DNA of 64,000 nucleotides, taken from the NCBI GenBank assembly GCA_002269645.1, contig NIVC01002865.1, positions 70,194 through 134,193 of the forward strand, given 5' to 3'. Both the position numbers and the translations under genes were made by a program. The notes beneath the pieces are model-generated. The model saw only the letters and a list, made by a program, of their open reading frames with translations, was not told the DNA's origin and searched no databases. Of the stretch, positions 27,701 through 44,186 are shown one piece after another (positions within the stretch are counted from its first letter, which is position 1; every line of letters starts with the position of its first letter). Source of the DNA: Macrostomum lignano. Lineage: Eukaryota.

Positions 27701-30700
27701 GTTGATAAAAATAATTAAAAGCAACCATGCATCGCAATAAACTCCTACTTTGAAGCACAAAATAAATATCCTGTAACCACACTAGCATTCTCCATGGAGC
27801 ACCTTTTAAGCTGAAATTTTACACAGATATCCAGTAAAGTAAACTGAGCAAATGATTTTTTTGTTTTTGAAAATACTTCAATTTGGCTATGTATCAGTTA
27901 GTTCATTGGACATATTTATTATATTTTTATTAAAATCCTTGTAACCAAGCTACAGAGAAACATGTGCAAAACTGGACCTTGAAATTTGACCTGAATGATC
28001 AGCAAATGTGTATCTCGAAATGATTTTTTTTGTTTTCATCAAGTCATTCTATGCTAATTTTTTCTGAAGGGAAAGATACCATATATTTAGAGTCAATAGG
28101 GGAAGCATTTAGACTTATTCAATAGTCATTAAAATTGCAACTATATTATTATAATATAGTAATAATATTATACATGTATTATATAGTAATATTAACTTCT
28201 AAGATGCCCTTATAAATTTAAGTAAAGACAACAGGCCTTAATTAATTAATCAGCATTTTGAAGAAACTGACCTTATACAGATGGGCCCCAAGCTAAGAAA
28301 TGAATGTAGAGCTTATTTCGTGTAAGGTATAAAAATCAATTTATTATAATATTAAATACTCCTAATAAATTGGTTAAATTAGTTATTTACCTTGAATTAA
28401 TTTAATTTAATAATTAAATATATAAATTTGTTTCACTTCTTACTGCATTTAAATAGAGTACCTCTCTACTATACTATAGAAGTATAGTAAAAGTATATGG
28501 TAAAAAGGTATAGTAAAAATTTTCTTTGGTTTAATCCCAGCTTGCCTCAGTTTTTTAGTCTTAATACGAGCTAGATAGTAAGTGTTGATTAATTTGCTCC
28601 ATCACCTTTTTCCACGGAAACAGCACATGTCGGACATGCAACACTCTTCCTGATCCCTGGATCCAAGATGACTGCTTCTGCTTCTTCAATGCTTGAAAAC
28701 TGAGCTCATGGAGCTTTAGGTTATGCTGTCAGAGTGCTGCTGCCGGTGCTGTGTGTGTATGTGTGTGTCTTCTGTGGGTAGGTTCCCTGTCCCTCAGTTT
28801 AGCCACTGTTGTGGGCTAACTGGAGGAATTGCCGTTGTCGGTGCTGCAGGTGGCACTGCATGGTAGTATTGACGCTGTCAGTGACGCTGGCAAAGGCTTG
28901 GACGAAGCTAGGTGCCGTCATTGTCAGAAGGACATGCGTGTGCTGCTTAGACCAGTGCGCACATTCGACTGGACTCGTATCTGGTGCAGTCTGGTGTATT
29001 CACTGAGATTGTGTGGATCTGCCTCCTCGCATCACCTCAACCAGGCTCAATTTCTTTTGTAGAATTTTCGTGCGCTGCTTAACTGCATCTTGTGCCTGCT
29101 GAGTGATGCCAAGAATTGTGCCACACAATAATTTGGCCCATAAACTACTCGTATATTATACATATGTATGCACAGCACTCACACACACGCAGTTCATTCA
29201 TATTAAATGTACTAGTTAATGGAATTCTCATCTCATGAGCTCTAGTCTATGGACAAACCTGAAATTACTAGAATATCTAGATAGATCTAAACTTCTTTGA
29301 GCAGCGCGCTGCGCTGCGAGCAAAATACATGTAGATTCCTTAGCGCAACTAATTAATAGTGTAGTACAGTCTACAGCCTGAAGTAGCCTGTGTAAGATGC
29401 GGAGGGATGATTTTTGCATAGGAAGCCACTACGGTAAGGTTGATGGAACTATGGGGAGGTGAGAGACTCAAAGCGAGGGACGGAAGCCATGCATAGTTCG
29501 ATCATAAGTTTAATTTTTGCATGAGTCTGGGGATGCATTAACGAGAGGCGGACGAGAGCATAGAAATAAAGCGGGCTAAATATATTAATACACAAAATTA
29601 CATGTACTAGCTTGTAATTTCAGAATGGTCAGCGACTCCTCCGATTTGTATCCGCGACCGCGTGCCCACAAATCCCCCGGCAGACCCTGTCGCAGTTGGT
29701 GGTTGTGCACAGAATACAATGTTAATTTTCGAGCTTCTCTGCAAAAAATGCGTGATGCACTCAATATGCGTGCTATAGTCTACTTCTTTGATTAGATGGC
29801 TGGGTTTTGCCTTTTCGCTTGTGATCATCAAAAGCTTGGGCGTCATTGCTACTGGTGTTTCAGTGTGCGCATTATGTCTGGTTATCATATTATGTGCATG
29901 TGCAGTGTCTTTTACCTACATTTTTGTTTGTCTCTGTTTCCTGCATGCTCTTTCGCATTTTTACACCTCGCACATCCTCATTTTTCTCAATTAACAAGTG
30001 AAATCTTTTCTTAAAGACTGATTGCTATTTTAGTTAAGCTAGTAGGTTTTTGGTAATTTAATAATTCAATTTTGTCTATTTTCCAAAAAGTTTCAAAAAA
30101 TAAATAAATTAAAATAAATTTGAATTATTTTAAGTTAATTGGAGTAAAATGTCTAATAAGTAACTATAATTTTTTGTTTTAAGTACATGTAGCTTTGGTA
30201 TAAGTATTAATGTAATAAGTACTTAAAGTAAAATCAAGCAAGTTATAGTTTTCAGAAATTATGCTACAAATAATCAAATATATACTAGTATCCGAATTCC
30301 TTTATTAAGGAACATGCAGTCGATATTAAATCCACAATGTGCTTTTTGGTGTTCAAGGATAGTTCCCTGACTTTTTCTATTATTAGTTAGATTTTATTAT
30401 ATTTAATGTAAAAATGAAAACAATTCTATTCACCATAAAAATGAACATTCTTTATTTGTCGAATCATCTTAACTTTGAAAAGATACATAGTGAAAACTTG
30501 ATTTTTAATTCAACCTTTCAAGACTTATTTAGACTTCTTAATTCAGTGATTAGTTAAACTGATCGAAGTCCTTTCGAGTGCATGCTATAATAATTTCGCA
30601 CTTTTTCGCACACGATAATTTTAAATGTCTGGGATTTAGAGCAGAGTAACAAAATGCTGTGCTCAAAAACATTTCCTTTGTCAATTTCTTGTTCTTTTAT

Positions 30701-32233
30701 TTTTGCAAAAGAAATTTAACTGCATATTTAAAATAAAAATAGAAGAAAATTTTATTTTCTCTTTAATATTTTTGTCGTTTATTTTCCGCAACAAAGAATA
30801 ACAAATAGCCTTGATTTCTTGTCAATTTCAAGTTTTCTTGTGGTTTTAGTAGCAGCTTCTTACAGAAATTGTCGAAAGAATTTTTTTTGTACGATTATTG
30901 GTCGATGTATAAACTTTTTTTGCAATAACAAAAAGTTGTGACCTAGCTTTGAGAACGACCCAATCGCTATTTTATCTTGAATTTGAAAAATCGCCGGTTT
31001 ATCTTGAATTTGAAAAATCGCCGGTTTATCTTGAATTTGAAAAATCGCCGGTTTATCTTGAATTTGAAAAATCGCCGGTTTATCTTCGATTTAAAAAATC
31101 ACTTTTCATCTTTGATTTTTAAAATAGTATTTTAACTTCAAATAAAAAATCGCTATTTTATCTTGAATTTGAAAAATCGCCGGTTTATCTTCTATTTGAA
31201 AAATCGCCGGTTTATCTTCTATTTGAAAATCGCCGGTTTATCTTCAATTTGAAAAATCGCCGGTTTATCTTGAATTTGAAAAATCGCCGGTTTATCTTCG
31301 ATTTAAAAAATCACTTTTCATCTTTGATTTTTAAAATAGTATTTTAACTTCAAATAAAAAATCGCTATTTTATCTTGAATTTGAAAAATCGCCGGTTAAT
31401 CTTCTATTTGAAAAATCGCCGGTTTATCTTCTATTTGAAAATCGCCGGTTTATCTTCAATTTGAAAAATCGCCGGTTTATCTTGAATTTGAAAAATCGCC
31501 GGTTTATCTTCGATTTAAAAAATCACTTTTCATCTTTGATTTTTAAAATAGTATTTTAACTTCAAATAAAAAATCGCTATTTTATCTTGAATTTGAAAAA
31601 TCGCCGGTTAATCTTCTATTTGAAAAATCGCCGGTTTATCTTCTATTTGAAAATCGCCGGTTTATCTTCAATTTGAAAAATCGCCGGTTTATCTTGAATT
31701 TGAAAAATCGCCGGTTTATCTTCGATTTAAAAAATCACTTTTCATCTTTGATTTTTAAAATCGTATTTTAACTTCAAATAAAAAATCGCTATTTTATCTT
31801 GAATTTGAAAAATCGCCGGTTAATCTTCTATTTGAAAAATCGCCGGTTTATCTTGAATTTGAAAAATCGCCGGTTTATCTTGAATTTGAAAAATCGCCGG
31901 TTTATCTTCTATTTGAAAATCGCTGGTTTATCTTCAATTTGAAAAATCGCCGGTTTATCTTCAATTTGAAAAATCGCCGGTTTATCTTCGATTTAAAAAA
32001 TCACTTTTCATCTTTGATTTTTAAAATCGTATTTTAACTTCAAATTAAAAATCGCTATTTTATCTTGAATTTAGAAATCGCCATTAGTTAGTCCAAAGTT
32101 TATAAAACGCTTTTTAAATCTCCAATTCAACCTCGTCCACTTTCGTTTCATTGAACACCACGCAGGATCTGTGAGCTTCTTCGCCACATTCTGGTTTGTG
32201 CGGAAAATCTACAGCGTAGTCAAAGTGGACTGA
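15746..32233 (+). CDS. TM9SF2: Transmembrane 9 superfamily member 2-like (nonaspanin), 672 aa; exons 15746-15874, 17529-17596, 17679-17961, 21116-21442, 22487-22828, 23060-23236, 23583-23813, 24049-24442, 32166-32233
   Basis: Signal peptide then [106 protein letters not shown] and C-terminal [14 protein letters not shown]. All junctions are GT-AG and the total of 2019 nt is in frame. Confidence 0.96.
16408..16868. mobile_element. MITE with about 120 bp terminal inverted repeats, TM9SF2 intron 1
   Basis: GGCAGTGCTTATCCCC...GACAAGATAGCTG.CCATCTTCTA (16408-16526) is mirrored at 16752-16868. No target-site duplication (TSD) clearly resolved. Confidence 0.85.
18040..21068. repeat. 25-bp satellite CAGAATGGCGCCCCCATC(AGAGTCA/AGAGCCA/GGATTTA), about 120 copies, TM9SF2 intron 3
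   Basis: Direct reading; produces the three ORFs of more than 1000 aa in the track. Confidence 0.97.
21520..22370. repeat. 20-21 bp minisatellite ATATCTAACACCCAGTCCGTC with variants, TM9SF2 intron 4
   Basis: Direct reading. Confidence 0.93.
22845..22990. repeat. 32-bp minisatellite GAGGGAGGAGCGGAGAGGCAGACTCAGGGACT, about 4.5 copies, TM9SF2 intron 5
   Basis: Period 32 (22876, 22908...). Confidence 0.9.
23279..23565. repeat. 23-bp minisatellite AATCGCCCCACAACCCCATCAGG, about 12 copies, TM9SF2 intron 6
   Basis: Direct reading. Confidence 0.92.
23841..24020. repeat. (ACTGACTC)n then (ACTG)n microsatellite, TM9SF2 intron 7
   Basis: Direct reading. Confidence 0.95.
24832..25420 (+). pseudogene. 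Frameshifted, truncated Tc1/IS630-type transposase (HTH domains and first Asp of DDE)
   Basis: HTH-like [33 protein letters not shown], then [16 protein letters not shown]...VSISTIA, and [16 protein letters not shown]. The frame shifts several times, there is an internal stop, and the rest of DDE is missing. Confidence 0.7.
25589..26650 (-). CDS. Intact 353-aa gag-like ORF (SAP domain, coiled coil, C-terminal Cys/His knuckle) resembling ORF1 of DIRS/Ngaro/PAT tyrosine-recombinase retrotransposons
   Basis: SAP-like [27 protein letters not shown]. Core [11 protein letters not shown]...[13 protein letters not shown]...VMRFDDECR. Knuckle [28 protein letters not shown]. Family assignment is from remembered motifs. 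Confidence 0.7.
   Translation of the reverse strand: MNRTRSQSADSVPTTVPALRGKLKELGLPTSGNKAKLVQRLRAHIQDVETSVESDELTNVQAILRATGQNSAVASSGGSPPNRRQVENGGSGAAGGLDEQLLEAEKRIRLLKLRKEEAQLESEFAQLRVGRSEARDVPGELLNCLTGCVQHEVGQQHENMGASGRSTSSVYRIVDFVSKRKQCLLGQSKSKEVAVEALSLGDWVTGNAQAMLQMLTDGRLVRLDQHGRLDVAELRDYLRYTARIGELLDLGFDKSRVMRFDDECRLSQTSDGKWESHSSDLSLVAAYLMAPQKQQSGGGAQKRNQLVCFDYNRIRGCERKSCRFLHRCRRCGLAHSEAAFHRDESSGEEKPQH
27159..30961. mobile_element. 3.8-kb non-autonomous DNA transposon, about 20 bp TIR GGGTCGTTC(G/T)CAAA..CTAGG, 4-bp TSD AATC
   Basis: Starts GGGTCGTTCGCAAATTCTAGG at 27159 and ends CCTAGCTTTGAGAACGACCC at 30961. AATC occurs at 27155-27158 and 30962-30965. Removing the element restores the satellite unit AAAAAATCGCTATTTT. 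Confidence 0.85.
30962..32090. repeat. 26-27 bp satellite AAAAATCGCCGGTTTATCTTGAATTTG with a 212-bp higher-order repeat; related pieces at 24460-24515 and 27030-27158
   Basis: The marker ACTTTTC lies at 31101, 31313, 31525, 31737 and 32003. Confidence 0.93.
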
Positions 32234-32699
32234 GGCGGTTTGGGCTACACGTGTTTAGACAGTGGCTGCTGGCACACACTGCTTAGGATCGGAGTTTATC
32301 TTTGAGTTTTTCTATTCTAGAATATCCATCCTAGTCTTCATTTAAAATGAAGTACAGTAAAACATAAAACATATATTTATCATTCCTTCATTTTTATTAT
32401 TCTTTTACGTATTTTCAACCAATTAAGGACCAACTAAAAACAGTTTTGCGACATTTAAATTAAATTGACGTCTTTATAGGATTCTCGTACGACAATATTT
32501 ATGCAGTGAATTTTCTTACCAAATTAAACTTGTACTTTTTTCAAATTATTTATTTGGTTGACGTCACAACTTTTAAAGGTTACATGTAAATCTAGTTGTG
32601 CGAGACTACTTTTTGTGTTAATTCTTTGAAATTTATTCAAAATAGTTTATTAATACACTATTAGCGTGCTGTATTACGAGGGTTGCTCCAATGGCCAAC

Positions 32700-33200
32700 C
32701 TCGCTCTCCAGACTCAATGTACATCCCCACACGGTAGCCAACCCCACTCCCCAGACTCAATATACATCCCCACACAGTCGCCAACCCCACTCTCCAAACT
32801 CAATTTACATCCCCACACAGTAGCCAACCCCACTCCCCAGACTCAATGTACATCCCCACACAGTAGCCAACCCCACTCCCCAGACTCAATGTACATCCCC
32901 ACACAGTAGCCAACCCCACTCCCCAGACTCAATGTACATCCCCACACAGTAGCCAACCCCACTCCCCAGACTCAATGTACATCACCACAAGTAGCCAACC
33001 CCACTCCCCAGACTCAATGTACATCCCCACACAGTATCCAACCCTACTCCCCAGACTCAATGTACATCCCCACACAGTATCCAACCCTACTCCCCAGACT
33101 CAATGTACATCCCCACACAGTAGCCAACCCCACTCCCCAGACTCAATGTACATCCCCACACAAAAGCCAACCCCACTCCTCGCATCCAATGTACATCCCG
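32700..33200. repeat. 43-bp minisatellite CCAGACTCAATGTACATCCCCACACAGTAGCCAACCCCACTCC, about 11 copies
   Basis: Direct reading; downstream of TM9SF2. Confidence 0.92.
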
Positions 33201-33814
33201 AAACTGTTACTTCCTACTCGATATAGAATTGAATTTAAAAAATAAATACAATTTGAATCAGCGGAATTTTCAGCAGACACTTTGGTGCATTTATTTGATA
33301 GCTTTGGAGGGCAAAATCATTGTCATACATTAGTACGCTCGTAATATAGGGGATTTATCAGGGAACAATAACACGTTAATCGAAATAATGACTGCTTGCA
33401 CAGCCAATGTTAGGTTAAAAGCAGAGTTACTTTTATAGCCGTTTCCATGCAGTGTATTAATTACTAATAGTGATTGTATGCAAAAGCATTAGATATTACT
33501 GGTTAAAAAAACGAGTAGTGTCTCTCATGAGCTTTTGTAAAACGCATATCTTCAAGCTCAACGCGAAACCAAACAATATACATCGATAAAGCTGAAATAA
33601 AATTGAAAGAAATGCTGAACCCAATGGCATTGGAATGGAGCTACGCATCTGCTTTATAATTAGTCAAATTTTCGTACTTTAGGGAAGTTTATTAATTTGT
33701 GTTACTGTAGTTAGGTAATTTAAATAACAATTCTATTGGCACAACGAAATTATTAATAGGATATGCATGTAGAATCACGTGAGAATGCTTGCATACTCTA
33801 GTATGTACATACTC

Positions 33815-33990
33815 TAGTATGCAAGCATTTGGTAGTAGTACATGTATATAAACGTTTGGTAGTAGTACATGTATATAAACGTTTGGTAGTAGTACATGTA
33901 TATAAACGTTTGGTAGTAGTACATGTATATAAACGTTTGGTAGTAGTACATGTATATAAACGTTTGGTAGTAGTACATGTATATAAACAG
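33815..33990. repeat. 27-bp minisatellite AAACGTTTGGTAGTAGTACATGTATAT, about 6 copies
   Basis: Direct reading. Confidence 0.92.
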
Positions 33991-34043
33991 TAATTGAGCA
34001 AGCTGAGGCAATGCGTGTGCTGCAGTGCGATGGTACATTACTA

Positions 34044-34267
34044 CACCTTTTCACGTTCAATCCTGAACAAAGTCCAGTTCTAAAAAAACTAGCGGAAATT
34101 CAATTCAGACAATTCAGACTGGGGCAACAAACCCCAGTTCAAAACATTCTGCTACGGAAGCGAGGTTTAGCCATAGACAAAATTGTCCCCAGTCTGAATT
34201 GTCCGAATTGAATTTCCGCTAGTTTTTTTAGAACTGGACCCTGTTCAAAATTGAACGTGAAAAGGTG
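34044..34267. mobile_element. 224-bp MITE with about 85 bp TIRs, TA flanks (Tc1/mariner-type)
   Basis: TA|CACCTTTTCACGTTCAAT...CTGGGG is mirrored by CCCCAG...ATTGAACGTGAAAAGGTG|TA. Confidence 0.85.
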
Positions 34268-35237
34268 TAATAGATAATTTTACCTGGATAATAACAAAAC
34301 TTGTTCGTTTCTTAGTTGCATTTCGCGATGCTTAAAAATACGGTTACATATAATTAATCGGATTTACATTTATGAATGTACATGTAAGTGAAACTTCGGT
34401 TGATGCATACAGTATAATACGTGTAGATTAAGAGTGCTTTCAGATGCCTCCTAAGTTTACCACATGTACTAGTAGGTACATGTAGTTTAGGTGTAGACAC
34501 CAGTTTAGGGTAGATGCTATAGTTCAACAGGGTAGATAGTAGTTAGGATCGAAGTAGTTTAGAGTAGATGCAGCTCGATCGCACATGTAGTTTAGGAGAT
34601 TTATTAGGGTTAATTTGACCTCGATGAAAACGGAACCTAGAGCAAGAAGCGTCCCAGGGTCGTTGCAGGTAACGCAGGTAAAATACATGTAGGAAAGAAG
34701 TGGCTCTAGACGGCTATAAAACCACAGATATCTCGGTACAAGTCGACAAAAAGTAGTTTTTCAGAGTCGCCTAAAGAGTCAATTTGAGAGGCGTTTGATT
34801 GTCTGCGACTCTGAAACGACTCTGGGGCCGTACATGTAGGTCATTCTGAGGCGTTCTTAGAGCCGCTTTAGATTCGCTGAGTTGCGTCAAAAGCGCATCT
34901 GGGTCACTTCATGAATTTGAATCGCATTTCGCATTTATAACAACTCAATTCAGCCTACTTGAGTTGGTAGAAATTTAAGCGCTAAAAATTCTAGAGTGAC
35001 TTTTTCGCGACTCTTACGACTCTACAACTGATGCACTCGTGACTCAACTGTCGCCTCGCCGTCGCATTGCAGTCGTTTGAGTCGTTAAAAAGTCACAAGA
35101 GTCGCCCGCCGCCAGAGTGGTTGGGAGTCACTAGAGGTGTTTACAATGACTCTAGCAATTATTGTCACGGTAACGTTTTCAACGGGGAATAAAATGGGTA
35201 GCTAGCAGAGTTCAGACAAACCGAACCCGCTGCTAGC

Positions 35238-40346
<5,109 letters not shown>

Positions 40347-42334
40347 TGCCTTACTGAAGCAATATTCTGAGACTTCAAGAGTCTCTCAGACTAGACCGGG
40401 CCAACTAAGCCGCTTGTATTGCTTAAGGCCAAATTAGATTTGCAAAAAAGGCTGGTTAATATGCAAAAAATACTGCAATAGACAGCACTTGTCAGGTCTT
40501 GTTGCTTTGTTGTTTAAGTCTAGTTTAAAAATAGTGTCAAGCGTATGGAACAGAAAGGGCTCAGGGGCTTGTCTTGGATTGGACTGCTGCAAATGCCGCC
40601 TCCCCAGCAGGCAGTGTTTTTCTGTCTGTAGCACGCAGTGCGTGGCCTTTCCCTTCTCTCCTTGCTTAGGATTTAGTGCGCGCGGTGAGCAGATGATTGA
40701 ATAAAGTACATACTTTTCAATGTACATTCCCTTTTCCTATCTACCACCCGCGCCGGGTCTCCCTCGTCCCCGCCAAAGCCCGGATTCAGTTAATAAAAGA
40801 ATGTACATAGCTTTTCAGGCCGGAATAGAGGTTGGGGTGGTGGGGCAGGGGGTTGGGTTAGGGTGGAGGGGCTGGCTAAAAAGATGGACTTGTCACACGC
40901 GAGAAAGCCACCCATGCCAAGCTGAATAGCGGGCGGGGAGAAGCCCTCTCGCCCAGCCCGCCCTCTATCCCTCGCCCCCCCCCCCGACCGTATATTGACT
41001 CACCTCAACACCCCGCCCTTGAACTGCCCCAGCCCCCTCCCTCCAGTGTTGTTTATCCCCGTTGAGCAGTCATTAGACGAAACTCTCAAGCGTCAAGCCT
41101 TGCGTACTTGCGTACTAGCTGGACGTCCTTTCTCTCTAGCTCTATTGTTACTTCGAAGGGCATGGTGAACTCAGTAGTTTGCGCATATGGTGTACATTAT
41201 TCTACTCAAAAATATTGTACAGTCTTAATTACCTAGACTCCCGTGTCTAGTGATGTCTTAGGCTGCTTTCTATTCTACCCGTCTAGCTTTCAGGGTCAGC
41301 TCAAAACAACTGCGTGCCAAATTGCGTACGAATAGTAACGCTTGCCTAGGTGAATAGTGTGAACTGCTTAGAGTATTACAATCTTACTGACAGCTAAGAG
41401 AATCAGCTAATAACTCCTTTCTATATCCAAGGAGACTCACAAGTGCTCTATTAGCATCAGTACGACCGCATGTATGTACAGTTTAATTATATAAATCAAT
41501 AAGATTTAACAATAGTTCCAAAAATAAACCAACAGTGCTTAATTATCTTATCAATAATTTGAGTTGGAATTCAAATTAACAAAGGGTAATCGTGTCCAAT
41601 ATTACTTACATTACCTATACGTATACTACTAACTACTCATAGTAGTCTACCCAGAGACTATGTTGCTATGGCTGAAATGTGCAATATACACGTTCACTGG
41701 CACCTACACGTGTACCGGGTAACTCGCGAATATTTGTTGAAATAAAATGAAAAACTCAGAGTTTACGTTAGAAATTGGTATTTAAAGATGCCAATTCAGA
41801 TGTCAGGGATAACTGTCAGTATCAGTTAAGCCACAGTGGGTGCGATGAACTCACAAATTGCTGATAACCAGCTCGGTTGCTGTCCCTTTAGACACACGTT
41901 TCAATAACTTTTTTATTTAGCTCGTAACACTTCAGCTGAGTTCTTAAGAGCTTAATTGCTTGATTATGTAAGTCTCGGCCAGTCAGTCAATTGTTGCTAT
42001 ATGATCAAGAAATCATTGTCTCTGAGTGGGATTCTATTAGTCCTAATACCTGTCAGTATCCAGTGCTCTGGCTGCCTCGGGTGCCCAGACCGTTCAGACA
42101 GAACCAGACAGAACTACACAACCGTAACTGTTGAACACAAGTGCTACTAGGTTCTACGACAACTGCCTGCACGTCAAACCCTAACCTTCGTAACCCTAAC
42201 CCTAGCAGTTGTCGCGGAGGTAATTGTCGTGCTATACCGAGATACTGGACCGCATTGCTAACGAGAAGCAGAGACATAGTCATAGAAAAGCCACCGAACC
42301 ACGTTGGAACAACATCAAAACACAAAACCATAGA

Positions 42335-43190
42335 ACCACAGAAACACAGAACCACAGAATCACAGAACCACAGAAACACAGAACCACAGAAACACAGAAA
42401 CACAGAACCACAGAACCCCAGAAACACAAAAACACAGAACCACAGATCCACAGAACCACAGAAACAGAGAAACACAAAACCACAGAACCACAGAACCACA
42501 GAACCACAGAACCACAGAAACAGAGAAACACAGAACCACAGAACCACAGAAACACAGAAACACAGAACCACAGAACCACAGAACCCAGAAACACAAAAAC
42601 ACAGAACCACAGATCCACAGAACCACAGAAACACAGAAACAGAGAAACACAAAACCACAGAACCACAGAACCACAGAACCACAGAACCACAGAAACAGAG
42701 AAACACAAAACCACACAACCACAGAAACACAGAACCACAGACACAGAACCAAAAAACCACAGAACCACAGAAACACAGAACCCCAGAAACACAAAAACAC
42801 AGAACCACAGAAACACTGAAACACAGAAACACAGAACCACAGAACCACAGAAACACTGAAACACAGAAACACAGAACCACAGAAACACAAACAGAAACAC
42901 AGAACCACAGAAATACAGAACCACAGAAACACAGAACCACAGAAACACAGAAACAGAAACACAGAACCACAGAATCACAGAAACACAGAAACAGAAACAC
43001 AGAAACAGAAGCACAGAACCACAGAACCACAGAAACAGAAACACAGAAACAGAAACACAAAACCACAGAACCACAGAAACACAGAAACACAGAAACACAG
43101 AAACAGAAACACAGAACTACAGAACCTCAGAAGCACAGAAACACGAACCACAGAACAACCGAAACACAAAACCACAGAACACAGAAACAC
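42335..43190. repeat. Simple satellite of CACAGAAA/CACAGAAC octamers
   Basis: Direct reading; explains the stacked ORFs at 42053-43247. Confidence 0.95.
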
Positions 43191-44186
43191 AACCTTATAC
43201 GAGAAGCCTTAGAAGCGCAAAGCCATTTAACCACGGAAACAACATAAAAACGAAAAACAAAAAAAACAAAAAACGAAAAAAATGACCAAAGAAGCAAAGA
43301 ATCACAAAACCAACAGGGATTCTAGACCACAGAACCACTTTCATAACTGTTGCAGAATTTCAGCCACGTAGCAGCAAGACTATAAATCGTAAAAGCCGAA
43401 TTTTTTTAACGCAGAGACTCGACAAGTAACGATGAAGGAAACCGAGAAATGGGGCTACAATGCCAAATGAAAATGCACCGGCTGCAAGATATCGTTGCTG
43501 CACGAGGACAACTGCTCAGAGCGCAATCAGATAAATTGATGCCCGACTAAAGAGCGCTATGAAACCTCTGTACTGATGCGAGCTATACGAATGAGTTGAG
43601 CTATAGCTCATAAATTTATCGCTGTCCGCCAGTCTCGAACAATGCCCCCACTGCCCAGTTGGCCAACGCTTGTTTCCCGTATCTCGACAACTGGCCTAAA
43701 AGCCGATGCGAGACAGAACCTTTGCGGACTTATTTATGGAAGGACAAACAAAAAACTGATACAGGAGCGTTTTTATTGAATTGAGGAGACTTAGGGACAG
43801 ACGGGGTTGGGGCTGGTGCTCCGGCACAAGTCGCGATCCCCATTCTCCCACCCAACGGCGAATCGCAATCGTTGGGATCGAGATATGGAAGAATATGATG
43901 AAAAATCGCTGCCCTGCTCCGTGGGGTTCCTCTCCGCCACTCCCGATCTCTTCTCTGGTTCTTGCTGAAAAAACCGGTTTTCTTTCCAAGCAAATTTTGA
44001 GTCAGTTTTTAAAAGCCAATCCCAAGACCGTCGCAGGAAAGTATAGTTCAAGTGGGAACGGAAAAGAATCTCTGGTTGAAGATACGAACCAGTCCGTTCT
44101 GCATCAGCAACGCATCGCTGCACTGACGCGGAAGCGGGTTTACAATTTCGAGTCCAACATCGAAAGCTCGGCAGCATACGGCAGAC

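Noticed and set aside
42053-43247. Stacked long ORFs (FCVSV- or TETQKH-rich)
   Set aside because: Read-through of a CACAGAAA/C simple satellite.
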